The notes: generated from the sequence alone by a model not told the origin. Numbered from the whole stretch's first letter, positions 10,891 through 24,339 are shown. The stretch is 63,855 nt of DNA, filler included, from Octopus bimaculoides (GCF_001194135.2; 4 parts of 4 records of this genome joined end to end with filler, not necessarily neighbours in it), one strand, 5' to 3'. A program made the numbers and translations.

Positions 10891-12299
10891 CTGATAACAA
10901 AATCCAAGTCTTTTCGAAGGTGTAACGATTCTGTCTGTAAGCCTGAAATTAAATCATAATATATGCATCAACTTAAAACAACGAATTTTTCTTCTTTTGT
11001 TTTTTTAGAGTTTCATAATATAATTTGTTTCTATTTTTATTTTTTCATTGTTCATAGTTTTCTCAAAGGCTGTATCAAATTAACTGGAGTAACTACATAC
11101 GTAATTAATAACAAAGAAATGAAATTTAGCTTGCCTCAGAGCTTGGTTTTACGCTATCAGAAATCTAAAGTTAATTTCAACTTCGTCACTAAGCAACTAG
11201 TCTACTAGTTCTAGTAACTATGCTTCTTTGTATAGTACTAACAGCCATTTATATCTATTATATCATTAATGAGATGTTTTCCGAGTCAAAATACATATTT
11301 ATTATATTGAATGATTGTTATCATTATATATTCCAAAGGAAAAATGTTAAAAATGTTTATCAAATTTGCAAATTTTTGTGGCTTTGTGTTTTTTGTTTCT
11401 TTTTGTCTTAGTTTTTCTTTCTTTTTTGCTGATGAAAGTAAGAACACCAAAGACAAACAAAATAACTTATTGTATTTTGTGACTGCGACATAGCTTTATA
11501 TTTTCAGATGATTTATTACTGCAAGAGCTCTATACTGTCGTGTTTTTGTCCACCTTCATTCAGTGACTTTGATTATCCTATAATGATTCAAGCTTTTGAT
11601 TTCCTTATATTATTCTAGATGATTTGCCGGCTTTGTGCTCAGATTTCAATATGTTTCTAAACTATTTTATACATTTCATCTCCATACCAACTGTTTTTAC
11701 TCAAAAATATATTAAATTATAAACGCTTAACATATTCATCCTTATGGTCATCGTCTCCTTTTCTCCTTATTTTTTCAGAAATTTTGTTTCCCTGCATATC
11801 TTTATTTTAAACGATGTAAAGCTTCTATTTAATAAAATGTAAAACGAAAGTTCTTAACATATTTGAACATGTATTATTCTTCAACAAGAAAGGCAGAAAT
11901 GAAATTTTTCTCTCATATTTAACAATGTAGAATTAAAGAGGTCTTACTCTTGTACTGTCTTAATTCTAAGAATTGGGTCAGTTTGCTAGTTTTTCAACAG
12001 TTTTCTGAATAATCTGAACAGAAAAGATTAATTTATTGTTCCTGTTCGTCTTTGAGGTAAGCTTAAAAACGCGAAATTAAAATATTTACTTTATTAACAT
12101 TTTAATAGTTACAGAAAATGAGTGCCTTAAATTTGTATTGCGTAAGTGGTAAGCCAAGCCCGTAGTTTGATTTCGATTCTCGATCTATGCAATGTTATTT
12201 ATCTTTTTTGTTTCTCTAATAGCTTTCATAAAGGTAAGACATACACAATTTGTATATTTATCGCCCTTTAATATTTTATATTCCATGGCAATTCCGCTA

Positions 12300-12600
12300 G
12301 TATACTTACCATCCTTTATTATACTACTTCATTGACTGCGTCTAGGATGATGTGTTTTGCGGTACACCAGATTCTTCATTCTCGTGTTCCAGATAAGTAT
12401 TTTTACACAACCTGATATATCAAGTTACACCTTCCCATTGCTGGTAATCTACCATACAATTTCCACTTCAATAACTACTTTCGATGTCCCTCCGTCACTC
12501 GTATCCAATACATGATGCAGCTAAGTTAACCGTATTCTCAGCATTACCATTAGTTCCTTCTGTTTTGTTCTTCTCAGTATTTCTAATTATTCAATCCCTA
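12300..12600 (-). mobile_element. Very old RTE-like LINE 3' remnant
   Basis: Minus strand translates as EILRRTKQKELMVMLRIRLT*LHHVL, resembling the RTE motif NEEILRR...LRxRRLRWxGHV; heavily decayed. Confidence 0.3.
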
Positions 12601-12673
12601 AATGTACTATGTAGTACACTACGTAAAAGTATTCCTAGAATGCATTATGTTTAATTCTCATTACTTTTATATA

Positions 12674-13896
12674 TTGGGTCATCCCATAAGTAATGCGTTT
12701 TTTACACTTCGTTTATTTTTCAAAATTAAGATAATTTTTTTTAAATCTAAAATATATACTTCATTTTCTACAATGCTCATCCATCTATCTGGTTGACTTG
12801 CAAAATTCATTTGTCCGTGATGAAAAGTACTCCTCCACTACTGTTCTGACCTCGCCTACAGAATTCATATTTTTCCATCCAAATGATTTTGAAGACTGGG
12901 GAATAAATCATAATCAGATGAAGCAATGTCCGGATATCGTTTCCCATTCAAACTGCTCCAGCCTTTCGAATTCATCCTCGCTGTATGTGGCCGAGCATCA
13001 TCCTGATGGAAGAACACCTTTCGTCTTGAAAACAAAGATGGTTGTTCTTCTTCTAGCGCTGGCTTAAGCCGCTCAAGCTGCTCGCAGTAAATCTCCTTTG
13101 TTATCGTTTGGCTTGAGTTTAAAAGTTGAAAGTGAACTAAACCTTTCATATCCCACCAAACAGATAACACCATTTTAGGTGGCTGAAGATCTTCTTTAGC
13201 CTGGGGTGCTGGTGTTTCTCTTTTCCCTACCCACTATTGTCAGCGCTAGACATTTTTAGAGAGAATCTATTTCTCGTCACCAGCTCTATTCGATCCAAAA
13301 AAGGTGCATTTGTGAGACATGACATCAAAGAAGAGCACATATTCACTCTCTCCGCGCGATTAGATTCGGAAAGTTTGTGAGGAAACCATTGATACAATTT
13401 GCTGACTTTTCCGATGGCGCGCAAGTGTTGATGAATGGTTGAATGAACAAATCCAAGCTTCTCTGTTAGTTCCCCAATAGTTAAGATGGGATTTTGTTCC
13501 ACCAGGGTTTGCAGGACGTCTTCGTCGAGCTTTACAGATCTTCCAGGACGGGGCTCGTCTTCTAGGCTGTAGTTTCCGGCTCGAAATTTCTGGAACTGGC
13601 TTACGCTTATTGTCCGATTCCCATATACTGCATTAATATTCCTCGCACTTTCCGTTGCGTTGTTGCCTTTATTGAACTCATAAAGCAAAATGTGCCGAAT
13701 ATGCTTCTTTGTCATTTTCATTATAGCTTTGAAAAATTAACTATTAAAATCGAACTGCACTCTTCAAAAAAAGAATAAGGACAAGGTAAAATTACTACTT
13801 ATTTTTATAGCAAGTTGATGTAGGTAGTTTATCCCGTCCCCTCCGACTTTTAGCTCATGCAATTTAAAAAACCGCATTATTTATAGGACAACCCAA
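12674..13896 (-). mobile_element. Near full-length mariner (Hsmar1/cecropia-like), inactive
   Basis: TIRs ttgggtcatcccataagtaatgcgtttt and (revcomp) ttgggttgtcctataaataatgcggtttt, both flanked by TA; length 1223 bp. Confidence 0.95.
12865..13721 (-). pseudogene. Frameshifted mariner transposase
   Basis: KHIRHILLYEFNKG...LEDEPRPGR...WFPHKL (WVPHEL motif); GDEK* in a shifted frame; MVLSVWWD; HQDDARPH; PDIASSDYDLF (YSPDLAPSDY motif). Contains stops, frameshifts and short deletions. Confidence 0.92.
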
Positions 13897-14249
13897 TATT
13901 TTTGCTGTTTCGTTACTACTGAGAAGAAAAGACAAATATTTCAAACAGTACACAATTTAGTTTTCATACTGGTATTTTTTAGTTTCTAAATGTTACTGAG
14001 TCCACCAAATATTTCACAGGTACATGACTATTGTACTTATAACACAAGTGTTCCGGGATTCTAAGCCCTAAATGGCAAGAGACTACAAGCTGGTTTCGGT
14101 GATCGGTGGATTAAATTCTGCTTCATTTTTTCATCAGGGTTCTTGAATAAAACATCACTTCTTTTCCTTCTTCAAAAATATGCGACGATTATACCCTTTC
14201 AAAAAGAAACAAGGAACAGCACGAAAAGATAAAATGAAGACATGGTTTG

Positions 14250-14430
14250 CTATTTCCATATATTGCAAACAAGGACCGCGTTTTTGGTTTTGTTAATTTT
14301 TGTTGGATTAGCTCACTGAACGAAGAAACTAAGTCGTAAAATAATTGATCGGATTCATTATTCTTAGGCTAGGAAACTAAATTAGAAGACATCCATAAAT
14401 TGGAGTCAGTCCACGCTCGTTATTTTGAAT
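14250..14430 (+). mobile_element. Possible ancient CR1-like RT remnant
   Basis: KLEDIHKLESVHAR resembles the CR1 motif DIxKLExVQRR; little other support. Confidence 0.25.
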
Positions 14431-14924
14431 TTATTTTCAAATGGAAGATCGATTTTTCTTGGAGATTTATTTACGGCAAATTTAGATGGCTGATATTTAA
14501 ATTACCAGTAATATCTATGACCTACCGTTAATCAATGTCATCGCATTTATTATAGAATTTTTTTCTATTTGTTGCGGGGTTTTTTGTTGTTGATATTATT
14601 ATCACACGGAAATTTACCCCGATAACCTAGCATTATTTCTAACTCGTTTATTTCTTATTTCCAATGTTCACAATTTAATTGGTATAATCTTGAGTTGGTC
14701 AGATTATATGAAGCATCCTGTGGCTTTTGACAGACTACACAGAATGCTGACAGGAAAGAAAATACATCTTGTTATTTATCTTAGTATTTAAGCTATTCAA
14801 AAGAAAGACTAATGTATTTTTAGAATTCTTCAAATCTCTATGACGTCCCATTAGAAATTTTTCTGTCGCCGCTTGTTGTAATGACACTGTGAAAAGTGAT
14901 TGATAACAGTGTTAGTCGATCACC

Positions 14925-15050
14925 GTACAAAACACTATTCTTTGTTTACGTTCGATGACATTCTGAATTCAAAACCACACGAAATGGGGTTTGCTTTTCA
15001 TCATTCGGGGTTGATAAAAAATTTCCAAAGTAGAGCGGCAGATTACAGAT
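14925..15050 (+). mobile_element. SINE family B remnant
   Basis: attctgaattcaaaacc...tttgcttttcatcattcggggttgataaaa matches the family B core. Confidence 0.65.
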
Positions 15051-15112
15051 TGGCTGAGGAACGTTGCGATATATATCCCAAACCCTTGCGCTCTGAATGG
15101 AGAGATTAGCAC

Positions 15113-15472
15113 TTTTTTCTCTTTTTATTTGTTTCAGTCTATAGACTGCAGCTGTGGTGGGGCACCGCCTTCAAGGATTATAGTCGAATGAATGGATCCC
15201 AGTACATATTTTATCAGTCTCTTTTACCGAACATCTAAGTAACGGGGACGTAAACACACCAACATCGGTTGTCAAGAGATGGTGGGGGCCGAACACGGAC
15301 ACAAACACACAAAGACACACACACACATAGGTATATAGCTTCTTCCAGTTCCCATCAACCAAATCCACCCACAAGGATTTGGTCGGTCCGAGGCCATAAT
15401 AGAAAACACTTGCCTAAGGTTCCACGCTGCGGGACTTAACCCAAAATCATGTGATTGGGAAGCAAGCTTCTT
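15113..15472 (-). mobile_element. SINE family A, near full length
   Basis: Reverse complement has the head (aagaagcttgcttcccaatcacatg), the ccttaggcaagtgttttctattatggcctcggaccgacc block, a central (TG)n and the gactgaaacaaataaaaag tail. Confidence 0.9.
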
Positions 15473-16097
15473 CGTAATGTTGATAGTTGATGTATCCTGA
15501 ATACACTAATAAGAAATTTACGAGAATGGATATGAACTATTAGGAAGCTGATTAGTTAGATATATTTTAGCTTACTAATGGACATACATTAAACACGTTT
15601 AGTAAAAGATCATAGTAACACTCTCAGATATGCGATGGAAAAATAACAGTCACCATCTGCAATACCTATAGAAACTTTCTGAGATATTTCTTTGACATTA
15701 ATCACAAATGTAGCATTGCTTCTGCGCTGTAAATATTCAAAGTCAAGTATTGAAATAATTCAGAGATTCAATATCCCAATTATATAGTTAGTGCCTAGGT
15801 TTAAAAATTTTCTCTCAGCTCATGAGATTTCATTGAAATAATCAGTAATGTGTTAAATATTATAGAAATTTCACAGGTAGTCGAATATTTTCCCTTTCTT
15901 ATATATATATATATATATATATATATNNNNNNNNNNNNNNNNNNNNNNNNNNNNNNNNNNNNNNNNNNNNNNNNNNNNNNNNNNNNNNNNNNNNNNNNNN
16001 NNNNNNNNNNNNNNNNNNNNNNNNNNNNNNNNNNNNNNNNNNNNNNNNNNNNNNNNNNNNNNNNNNNNNNNNNNNNNNNNNNNNNNNNNNNNNNNNT

Positions 16098-16339
16098 TAT
16101 ACTTATATATAATATATAAAATCCGTTCTGTCTGTCTGTCTGTTTGTGCACTTATAACTCAATTATTGTTCATCTGATCGCGCTGAAATTTTAAAAATTG
16201 GTACATGAGAGACCAGAGCATTCCGTAATCTAAAAAGATTTTCAAAATAGTGAGTTTCAAAGTGAGAATCGCTATTTTTGTAATCTTTTCATCCTATTTG
16301 TTCCGCCATTAAAAGCAACGAGTTTACTCAGACAGCCAG
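16098..16339 (+). mobile_element. Short non-autonomous Helitron/DINE-like element carrying (CTGT)n
   Basis: Starts next to a gap with tatataatatataaaatccgtt(ctgt)n, contains ctgatcgcgctgaaatttt (similar to ccgatttacgcgaaactttt in the 9247-10152 element) and ends in a small palindrome (gagtttactc) followed by acagccag, a possible decayed CTAG. Confidence 0.45.
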
Positions 16340-16744
16340 CGCATACCATTTCGCTAGCAACAAGGGGAATGCAGGATGACAGTAAGCCAAAACCGTTGCT
16401 ATGCTGTCTATCTTCTTTCCTCTCTCTCTCTGTCTCTCTTATGATGTCCGATTCCACTTGAAGTTGTATACATTTTGTGTTAAGCTTCATTATCAATCAT
16501 TTATCCGTATTGAGAAGAAACAGTCAAAAGTAACCACCACATACAATCACCAAACATCTCCACTACTTAACACCATCCAAGTTAATGCTCTTTACCTTTA
16601 CCTACGATGAAATCGCAACCATTTTAATTAAGCAAAACAAGAGAAAAAATTGATTGTTATTAAAACGCGTAAAATTTTGAGCTTATTAATCTTAATCATT
16701 AGTTACAGTTTCTCATTCAAACTACATAATAAGCAGAATTGTCG

Positions 16745-16830
16745 GATTAAGACAGTAGGGGGTTTTTGGAAGATTTGGCTGCTATTTCTACCAGGTCTAG
16801 CTACCATATAGATGTTTCCCTCATTGGCTC
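16745..16830 (-). mobile_element. Short retroposon family F fragment
   Basis: gaagatttggctgctatttctaccaggtctagctacc; the motif recurs at 9404, 18520, 41618, 44657 and 54860. Confidence 0.75.
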
Positions 16831-18246
16831 ATACAGATATATATACATGCAGATATACATAAAATCGAAATTAAATACTTAAAGTAACAGGCGTCAAATA
16901 CGAAAGCGAAGGTCCATGCAGTGGAAATTTCCAACTTCTTGCCTAATGCGAGTCCAGAGCAATCTTTTATCTCTGACATTATTTCAGTATTACGTCTCTA
17001 TTGTAATGTGAGGAAATACTTTCAGTTTGAAAGATGTCTGTCTTAAGTATTTAAGTATTGTTTTATTTGATTTTATTTTAAGGTAATAAGTATTTTTCTT
17101 TTGAAAATTAGTATTCATTCCATCATTTTGTTTACGCACCAAGAAATTTAATAAACGTCAAACTATAATTATTGCATATATGCCAAATTCCCTGAAATTC
17201 CTAATCGTGGCAAAAATATACTTTCAAAATTACCCGTCATTTGGCGAGTAACACACTAGTGCACATTCTATTCATAGTATTCTCATATGTATTGTTAATT
17301 ATCAGTACATATCTCTCACATAATTGATATGTATTCAGTTTGTGAACGATAATACATTTTTATATTCTGCTTTTGGTTATAGTCTAAATTATATATTTAA
17401 GCTATATTCATTACCATGGAGTAAAATTTGACAAAATTTACACAAACTGTTTTGTTTTTTCTTTTATCCGACCTCTCAAATCAGCAATTACAGTGTATCA
17501 TGTCTGTGTATATTTTGTATTTGTGACTATGCGTGCTATGTGTCTGTGTATGCGTATGTACATTGTCTGTTGATATATGTGCATCCTAAACTATTGAACG
17601 ATACAAAACCCACTGAACAATTAAGGTATATTCAAGATATATTTCAAGACTTCATTAAAACTAATGTTACGTAGTTCGTAAATATGTGTGTGTGTGTGTG
17701 TGTGCATACATACATAATGATTTTTGCATTGCCGGGTGATTCAAACCAACTACAATCAATCAAAAGTGATATTAGAGACACTCTTTTGTGTTGTAAAAGA
17801 TGAAAGCAAATCAAGTACGCAAGAAAATTCTTGGAGGATCTATTTGCTCTTACGATAAACATTAACGAATCGAGAAGAGAGTTTAATATTCGCTTTGGAA
17901 CTTTTAGCTAAATGATTGTTCACTTGACGATTGTTACAATTACAGTATTTGTTTTTATCCCTTTCTTACATCAGTCATTTAACATCTCACACACAGCTTT
18001 GAAAAATTATCAAGAATGAGTAAAATATGTTACATATAATTCTTTAGATACTTCAGACGAAAATGCTTACAGTTCAATTCATACTTTTTTGTCCTTTATT
18101 CTATGTAAGGACGTTTGTTATTTTGTTATTTAGTAGGTAGCAGACACGGTAATTAAGCCTTATCAAGTGAAATTAGGCAGGTTCTCAATCTCTTGGTCCT
18201 GGAAGAATTAAACTGGAAGTTAACCCCATTAGATTCGGGCTCGGAA

Positions 18247-18420
18247 GGGCGGCGAGCTGGCAGAATCGTTAAAGCGTCGGTAAAATAATGTGCGGCGTTC
18301 GTTCAGGCTCTCTCTTTCCTTCGTGGCCAATAGAATAAAGTGCCAGTCAAGCACTAAGGTCTATAGTATTGACTACTATTCTTCCTCTTAAAATTGCTAG
18401 CCTTGTGTCTAAATAAGAAC
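18247..18420 (+). mobile_element. SINE family B (internally deleted)
   Basis: Head ggcggcgagctggcagaatcgttaaagcgtcgg and tail aaaattgctagccttgtgtctaaa. Confidence 0.8.
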
Positions 18421-18479
18421 CCTAGATCTGGCCTCGGAATGCTTAATGGAAGAAACTAAAACACTAAATAGCGTATACT

Positions 18480-18728
18480 TCAGCGTCACTTTTGTGAATC
18501 CGGGTACTTGCGAGCCAGCAAGGAGACACTCTATGGTCGCTCGATCTTCTGGAAATAGCAGCTAAGCCTTTGTTAGATAATACTCTGACATCACTTTAAA
18601 ACATAAAAGGCAAGCTGGATAATATCATTCTAAATTAAGTCTGAAAACTATAACCGGTTGTCATACCTAGATGACCTTGAATCATAAGTTTGTTTCATTA
18701 GCGCTGACCTGAAATTAAGCAGTAACAA
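18480..18728 (+). mobile_element. Short retroposon family F, longest copy in the window
   Basis: ggtcgctcgatcttctggaaatagcagctaag...ggttgtcatacctagatgaccttgaatcataag...gctgacctgaaattaagcagtaacaa; ends in an AAC-like tail. Confidence 0.6.
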
Positions 18729-18976
18729 TTCGTTTCCTTATATATGAAACGATTATTCATTTCATACAAAAGCCTAAAGAATAAAATTCATCAGAAACTC
18801 AAAGTTATATATAGCATGTCTTTCTTTAGATATTCTCCGAGAAATTCTTAGGAGATTTGCAATGCCAATTGAAATAGCTGCAGTTGGAATTAAAAGCCAT
18901 GATTAGTTTTGCCAATTTACTGCAACAGATCTGTTCAACAGAACAGAAACTTTTATATGACTATTTGTACACTGTC

Positions 18977-19135
18977 GTGGCTATGTAGGTAAGTAGTTTG
19001 TTTCACAATCTCGTGATTTCAAATCCAGTCCCGCTTCACTGCATCTTGGGTAAATGTCTTCTACCATAGCTCCTGGCCATCAAATGTCTTGTGAGTGAAA
19101 TTAGTAGACAAAAATTATTTGGAAACCCGACACAC
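18977..19135 (+). mobile_element. SINE family A, 5' half (a 3' remnant lies at ~19590-19630)
   Basis: gtggctatgtaggtaagtagtttg...catcttgggtaaatgtcttctaccatagc...cttgtgagtgaaattagtagac. Confidence 0.7.
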
Positions 19136-19154
19136 ACACACATATCTATACATA

Positions 19155-19190
<36 letters not shown>

Positions 19191-19508
19191 AAAAATCCAG
19201 GGGAATAATTACAAGGTAGTTCAATGTCGCTTAAGTGTCCCAGGATTTAATTCCGGGATAGTAAGTCGTATTTAGTAGAAAATAAGAAAACTGAATAATT
19301 GAATAAGGAGACGAACACTCAGGATGTTGTGAAAACATTTATATCTTGAAGTCTTCTACGGATGCACTCCAAAAATGTCTGACAGGATTAATTATGGTCA
19401 GCATTGCATCAATCTCATCAGGAAGGATATAACAAAATCATCAAACAAGGACTTCCTATTTCTGTTAACGTCTGTTTGNNNNNNNNNNNNNNNNNNNNNN
19501 NNNNNNNN

Positions 19509-19556
<48 letters not shown>

Positions 19557-21147
19557 CATATATATATTTGTTCACCTAATTCCTTGTAAGCAGTGTCCCA
19601 GCATATCCGCAGCTCCATGACTGAAACATCTCAAGCAAAAATGAGATACTTTTTGGTCACTGTACACATTACCCTTTCTGCATTAGCTGTTTGTAATAAC
19701 ATCATAAGTTACCCTCCAAATATTAATTTAATATCTGAGAAACTAGATAACTAACCAAACCTCTTCAAATTTTTGATTACTTCAAGAATTAAATAAACTA
19801 CACAAAGAGGGTATTTCATTAGAATATAAGTTAGTTTATAAATATCAAATACATGTCTATCAAACTGGATTTTGAAAATATTCTCTAGTTAAACTGTCTG
19901 TGATGCTAATCTCTGTGATTGTCAGTGCTTAAAGTAAGAAATATTTGTATATATATCCTTTTATAAATCTATTCCCGTCACTCACTACAAACATCCTAGA
20001 TTTTCTGGATTATGTTTTTCTTTCTTTTTTCTCTTTATTTATTCATTTTTAGGGATAATCTTGGATTTAACGCAGAGCGTATTTATGCATCCATAAAACT
20101 AAATATGAATGCAGACGCATATGATATAGCAAAAAGTATTTAAAATATGAAAAACAATGAATAATGAAATGGAGGATTATCAAAAGATAGCATCGATTAC
20201 CCCCTTTTAAATGTTATTCGTGTCTACATAAACACTTTTCTCACGAAATACTTAAATGCTTTCATAACTTGAAGGATATTATAACCATAAAATACGATGG
20301 ACAAGCGAACATATGAAAATGAAGAGAAGAAATAGGAAAAACAAAGTGATTAATAATAGTTGTAGAATTTGATCAACGAACCATAAAACCTAAAGCCACT
20401 TTCTCAATCTCGTTCATGGTTCCAATATTTTCTCTTTCGACAGTAGCCTCATACAATTTTCTCTTTTACTCTCCCCCAATACATCTGTATTATATATAAA
20501 CATACATACATATATACATATATACATACATATACATTCATCTCTTGGAGCTCCTGACATTTATATATTTCTCATTCTGGCACAAATAACTGCTTGTTAG
20601 AAATTAATACTCTTTAAAAAATACTGTATTGCTAAAGTCTTGCAACTAGAAAAGGGTGAATTCGCTGACATCCTCTTTGTTCCGAACTAATATATAAAGC
20701 AGAAGTACATTGCGTATTGATAATTAATAAATGAATCACAAATAGACTCACACATAATATAATACACTTATGTAGATATATATACAAACTGACCAGGAAT
20801 ATACACACTCACACATACTCACTCATAAACGCGCGCACGTGCACAAATTCTTGCCATACAGTTCCTCATAGTTCAAACGGATGTGAGCTAACGAAGGTTA
20901 CTTTGTAACTTTTATTCTCTTGTCTTGCATTTAAGATTATACACATACACACATGCATATATATACATATATATANNNNNNNNNNNNNNNNNNNNNNNNN
21001 NNNNNNNNNNNNNNNNNNNNNNNNNNNNNNNNNNNNNNNNNNNNNNNNNNNNNNNNNNNNNNNNNNNNNNNNNNNNNNNNNNNNNNNNNNNNNNNNNNNN
21101 NNTACATATGTAAGTATTATGTATGTGTTTGTATGTACGTATATGTA

Positions 21148-21450
21148 GTGGAGGCACATGGCTCAGTGGTTAGAGCGTCAGGTTCACAATCATATGGTAG
21201 TGAGTTCAATTCTCGGACCGGGCTGTGTATTGTGTTCCTGAGTGAGAGACACTTTATTTCATGTTGCTCTAGTTCACTCAGCTGTAGAAATTAGTTACCT
21301 TTCCCTTGGATAACATCGGAGGCGTAGAGAGGGGAAGCTAGTATGCATGGACGACAGCTGGACTTCCACTAACAACGCTACCCGGATTAGTGCCCGGAGG
21401 GCAACTTTCTAGATGCAATCCCATGTTCATTCATGACCGAAGAGTGGTCC
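21148..21450 (+). mobile_element. SINE family D (tRNA-derived head)
   Basis: A-box tggctcagtgg, B-box-like gagttcaattc, then gtgttcctgagtgagagacactttatttcatgttgctc. A related partial copy lies at 59105-59220 on the minus strand. Confidence 0.8.
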
Positions 21451-22161
21451 TTCATGTATGCATATATATATATATATATATATAAACCATAAAATATCAG
21501 TAGGTATAAGAGATGAATATATTTATATAATCACTTGGTATCCTCAGGGTTACAGCCGTTTCGCAGCCGTCTTCGTGTATTAATAATAATTTCAGTGTAA
21601 AACAAAATTATGCTGGCATGTTTCCGTTATTATGCATACTATGCATTATACAGCACTATTGCATTTTCACAAATCAGTGTAAATGAAGATCGCTCATCAA
21701 ATCATCAGAACATCAAAGTTGAGCCGTGGTGTGACCATGATGTTCTGGTCTCCTGATCAGTTAGGTTCCTTTATTTGCATTGATTTGTGACTATACAACT
21801 GTTTCGTGAAATGCATAGTAATTCAAACAAGTAAATAAAATTTTATTTCACAGTGAAGTTATTACTACATGAAGAAGGCTACGAAGCGGCCGTAATCTTA
21901 AGAATATCAAGTGGTTAAATGAATATATTCATCACTCATACTTCCTGACCTTTTATGGTTTATTTACTCCTTATGAAGTAACGAAATTGATCAGATCTTC
22001 TGGATTTCAGCTGCCTAGATTACTATGTGATCTGCTGATAGCTTTATCCGTTAGAGAGTCTTTCTGTGAGAGATACACGATTCTCTGAATCTACATCTAT
22101 ACTACAAATTTATACTACAAATTAAGTCATAAGTCATAAGATATTTTATATATATAAGAGT

Positions 22162-22312
22162 TTATAAAGATATATACACGGAGAGAAGAACCTTGACAGG
22201 ATTTCTTACCTGCTGAAAAGGGCAGTTAATATCATGGTTAGGGTTTTTAACTGCCCTTTTCATATGTAAGAAGTTCTATCAAGGGTCTTCTCTCCGTGTG
22301 TATATCTTTATA
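22162..22312. repeat. Foldback/MITE-like palindrome (~68-bp arms, 17-bp spacer)
   Basis: Left tataaagatatatacacggagagaagaaccttga...tgaaaagggcagttaa; right ttaactgcccttttca...tcaagggtcttctctccgtgtgtatatctttata. The inner 16 bp are perfect. Confidence 0.9.
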
Positions 22313-22342
22313 CACTTGTATATAATATATATATATGTGTGT

Positions 22343-22406
<64 letters not shown>

Positions 22407-23355
22407 ATGTATGTATGTATGTATGTATGTATACGCAAAGGTGACAATGACTTCGGTGTTGCAGCTTGATTTCTACTAAAACGTTTTGAACAATCCTTTA
22501 GTGTTAAATCGTTTTTGATGTATATTGACAAATAAAAATATGCGTGTGTGCGCACGCGTGTGTATATATAAAATAAAATGGACCTGCATTTTTTCCTTTA
22601 TGGGATCAAAGCGAACTCTTTAGATGTTGATAAATAAGTATAATAAATATACCGCGTATTTCAACGGTTCTAAAACTTTTCAACTGTATTCGGGAAAATG
22701 TTAGTATTAAAATCTAACACTTCGATTTTGGAAACACAACCGTAAGAAGGTATTTTATCAACGAGAATATCTGAATTTTGGAAACAGTATAAGAATTAAT
22801 CAGAATATTCTATTTTTAATAAACATTTCTTTACCTCAAATATCATTTGTTTCTTTTTTCATATTACGCATGGGGACAGTTATATCTGGAAAATACATAG
22901 GTAAGTAAATTTTGAACGAAGGCAAGCTATTTCAGTTGAAAACAAGAATATTTAGTAAACTGTTATTGATTTAAAGCAAAACTTTCTATCTAAAGACTTC
23001 TTTGTAGTCAGGTATTTTAAATCTTATTTTATACATTTTCCTATTTGTTATTGAACAAGAAAAGCAAACGACTTTACTATCTTAAATGTGTAAATCTCTA
23101 TCAATAAAATAAATACGAAAGCATATTTTAGGAAACAAGGTAAGAAATCTAAATACCAGCAATATATTCTGTTGGAAACTTGTGTACTTTTCTATTTTCA
23201 GACACGCGCCTCCATTTTTTTTTACATTTTTTCCGCTGCTGTTTCGTAATGTACGAAAAGAAATAATAGAAGAAATATAAGGAAAATAACTTAATATTCG
23301 AAATATTGCATTTCTAAATCTCTCAGAGACACTTATACAGTAGCAGCACGATAAA

Positions 23356-23613
23356 GTGATAGTTTGTTGCCAACTTAATGTGGCAGTCCCAGGAAACGGA
23401 AGAATGCTACTGCTATTTAGCCCCAAGAAACGCCGTTTCCAGTTGGTTATATGACACAAGCGTACTGTCCTTATCTCCCTTGTTTGAAGACATAAGAACA
23501 CATAATACGCTTGCGTCACATAGCTAACTGGAAACGGTGTTTCCTGAGGCTAAATAGTAGTAGCATTCTTCCTTTTCCTGGGACTGCCACATTAAGTTGG
23601 CAAAGACCATCAC
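23356..23613. mobile_element. Foldback/MITE-like element (~108-bp arms, 41-bp spacer)
   Basis: 23356-23464 and 23506-23613 are near-perfect reverse complements (ttgccaacttaatgtggcagtcccaggaaa...gaagaatgctact...). Confidence 0.9.
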
Positions 23614-23804
23614 AACTTAATATTTGGTCTTTGGATAATAAGAGGAACTTTAAAAGAGGTTATACAAATGCATCTACATTAGGATGACTATATTACCTGC
23701 CAATCTAAACTTTAAAGTAATAGAAATTGCTTTATAAGCAATCCATATGAGGTGCTACGCAGAGCATTCATTTAGATTCAAAGTATTTATCCTTTAACTT
23801 TTAC

Positions 23805-23884
23805 TGCTGCACAGAGTCGAAAATCTTATTGAAACACGCCTAGTCATACACATATGCTCGTTCAGTACTTAGTGAAATATTGAA
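23805..23884 (+). repeat. ~80-bp segment repeated at 25911-26002
   Basis: tgctgcacagagtcgaaa...gaaacacgcctagtc...tatgctcgttcagtacttagtgaaatattgaa is present at both sites. Confidence 0.9.
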
Positions 23885-24049
23885 CGAGTGCTGCCTAAGT
23901 CGATGCACGTTTGTCAAGGTGGCTGAGGGGGTTAACTTGGTAGCGAGTGCATTTTCAAATGCATGGTGGCATGTTAGCTAATCTGGAAGAATTTCACCGT
24001 TGTTCATAATTAATTGTATACTTCTTTAGTTGATGTTCATAACGCATTG

Positions 24050-24224
24050 TATACTCCTTTGGAGCATCACCTTGAAGGGTTTATTCGAATAAATCGACCC
24101 CAGGGCATCTTTGTAAGTCTAGTACTTATTCTATCGGAGACTTTTGCCGGACCGCTAATTTACGGGCAAGTAAACTCACCAACACCAGTCGTCAAGCGGT
24201 GATGGGGGAACAAACACAGTAACA

Positions 24225-24267
<43 letters not shown>

Positions 24268-24301
24268 NNNNNNNNNNNNNNNNNNNNNNNNNNNNNNNNN
24301 N

Positions 24302-24339
<38 letters not shown>

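Noticed and set aside
12223-12233. 11-nt micro-exon-like site (ctaatAG|ctttcataaag|GTAAGA)
   Set aside because: It is isolated, not a multiple of three, has no partner exons nearby, and is expected by chance.
13227-13721. Mariner ORF as a domesticated or active transposase
   Set aside because: A frameshift and stop at the first catalytic Asp, a short deletion in the HTH and damage to the YSPDL motif indicate neutral decay.
14900-15109. 69-aa ORF MITVLVDH...
   Set aside because: It overlaps a SINE family B remnant and has no good splice sites.
21148-21220. SINE heads (also 32905, 59297) as functional tRNA genes
   Set aside because: A and B boxes are present, but they continue into SINE bodies and lack a complete cloverleaf.
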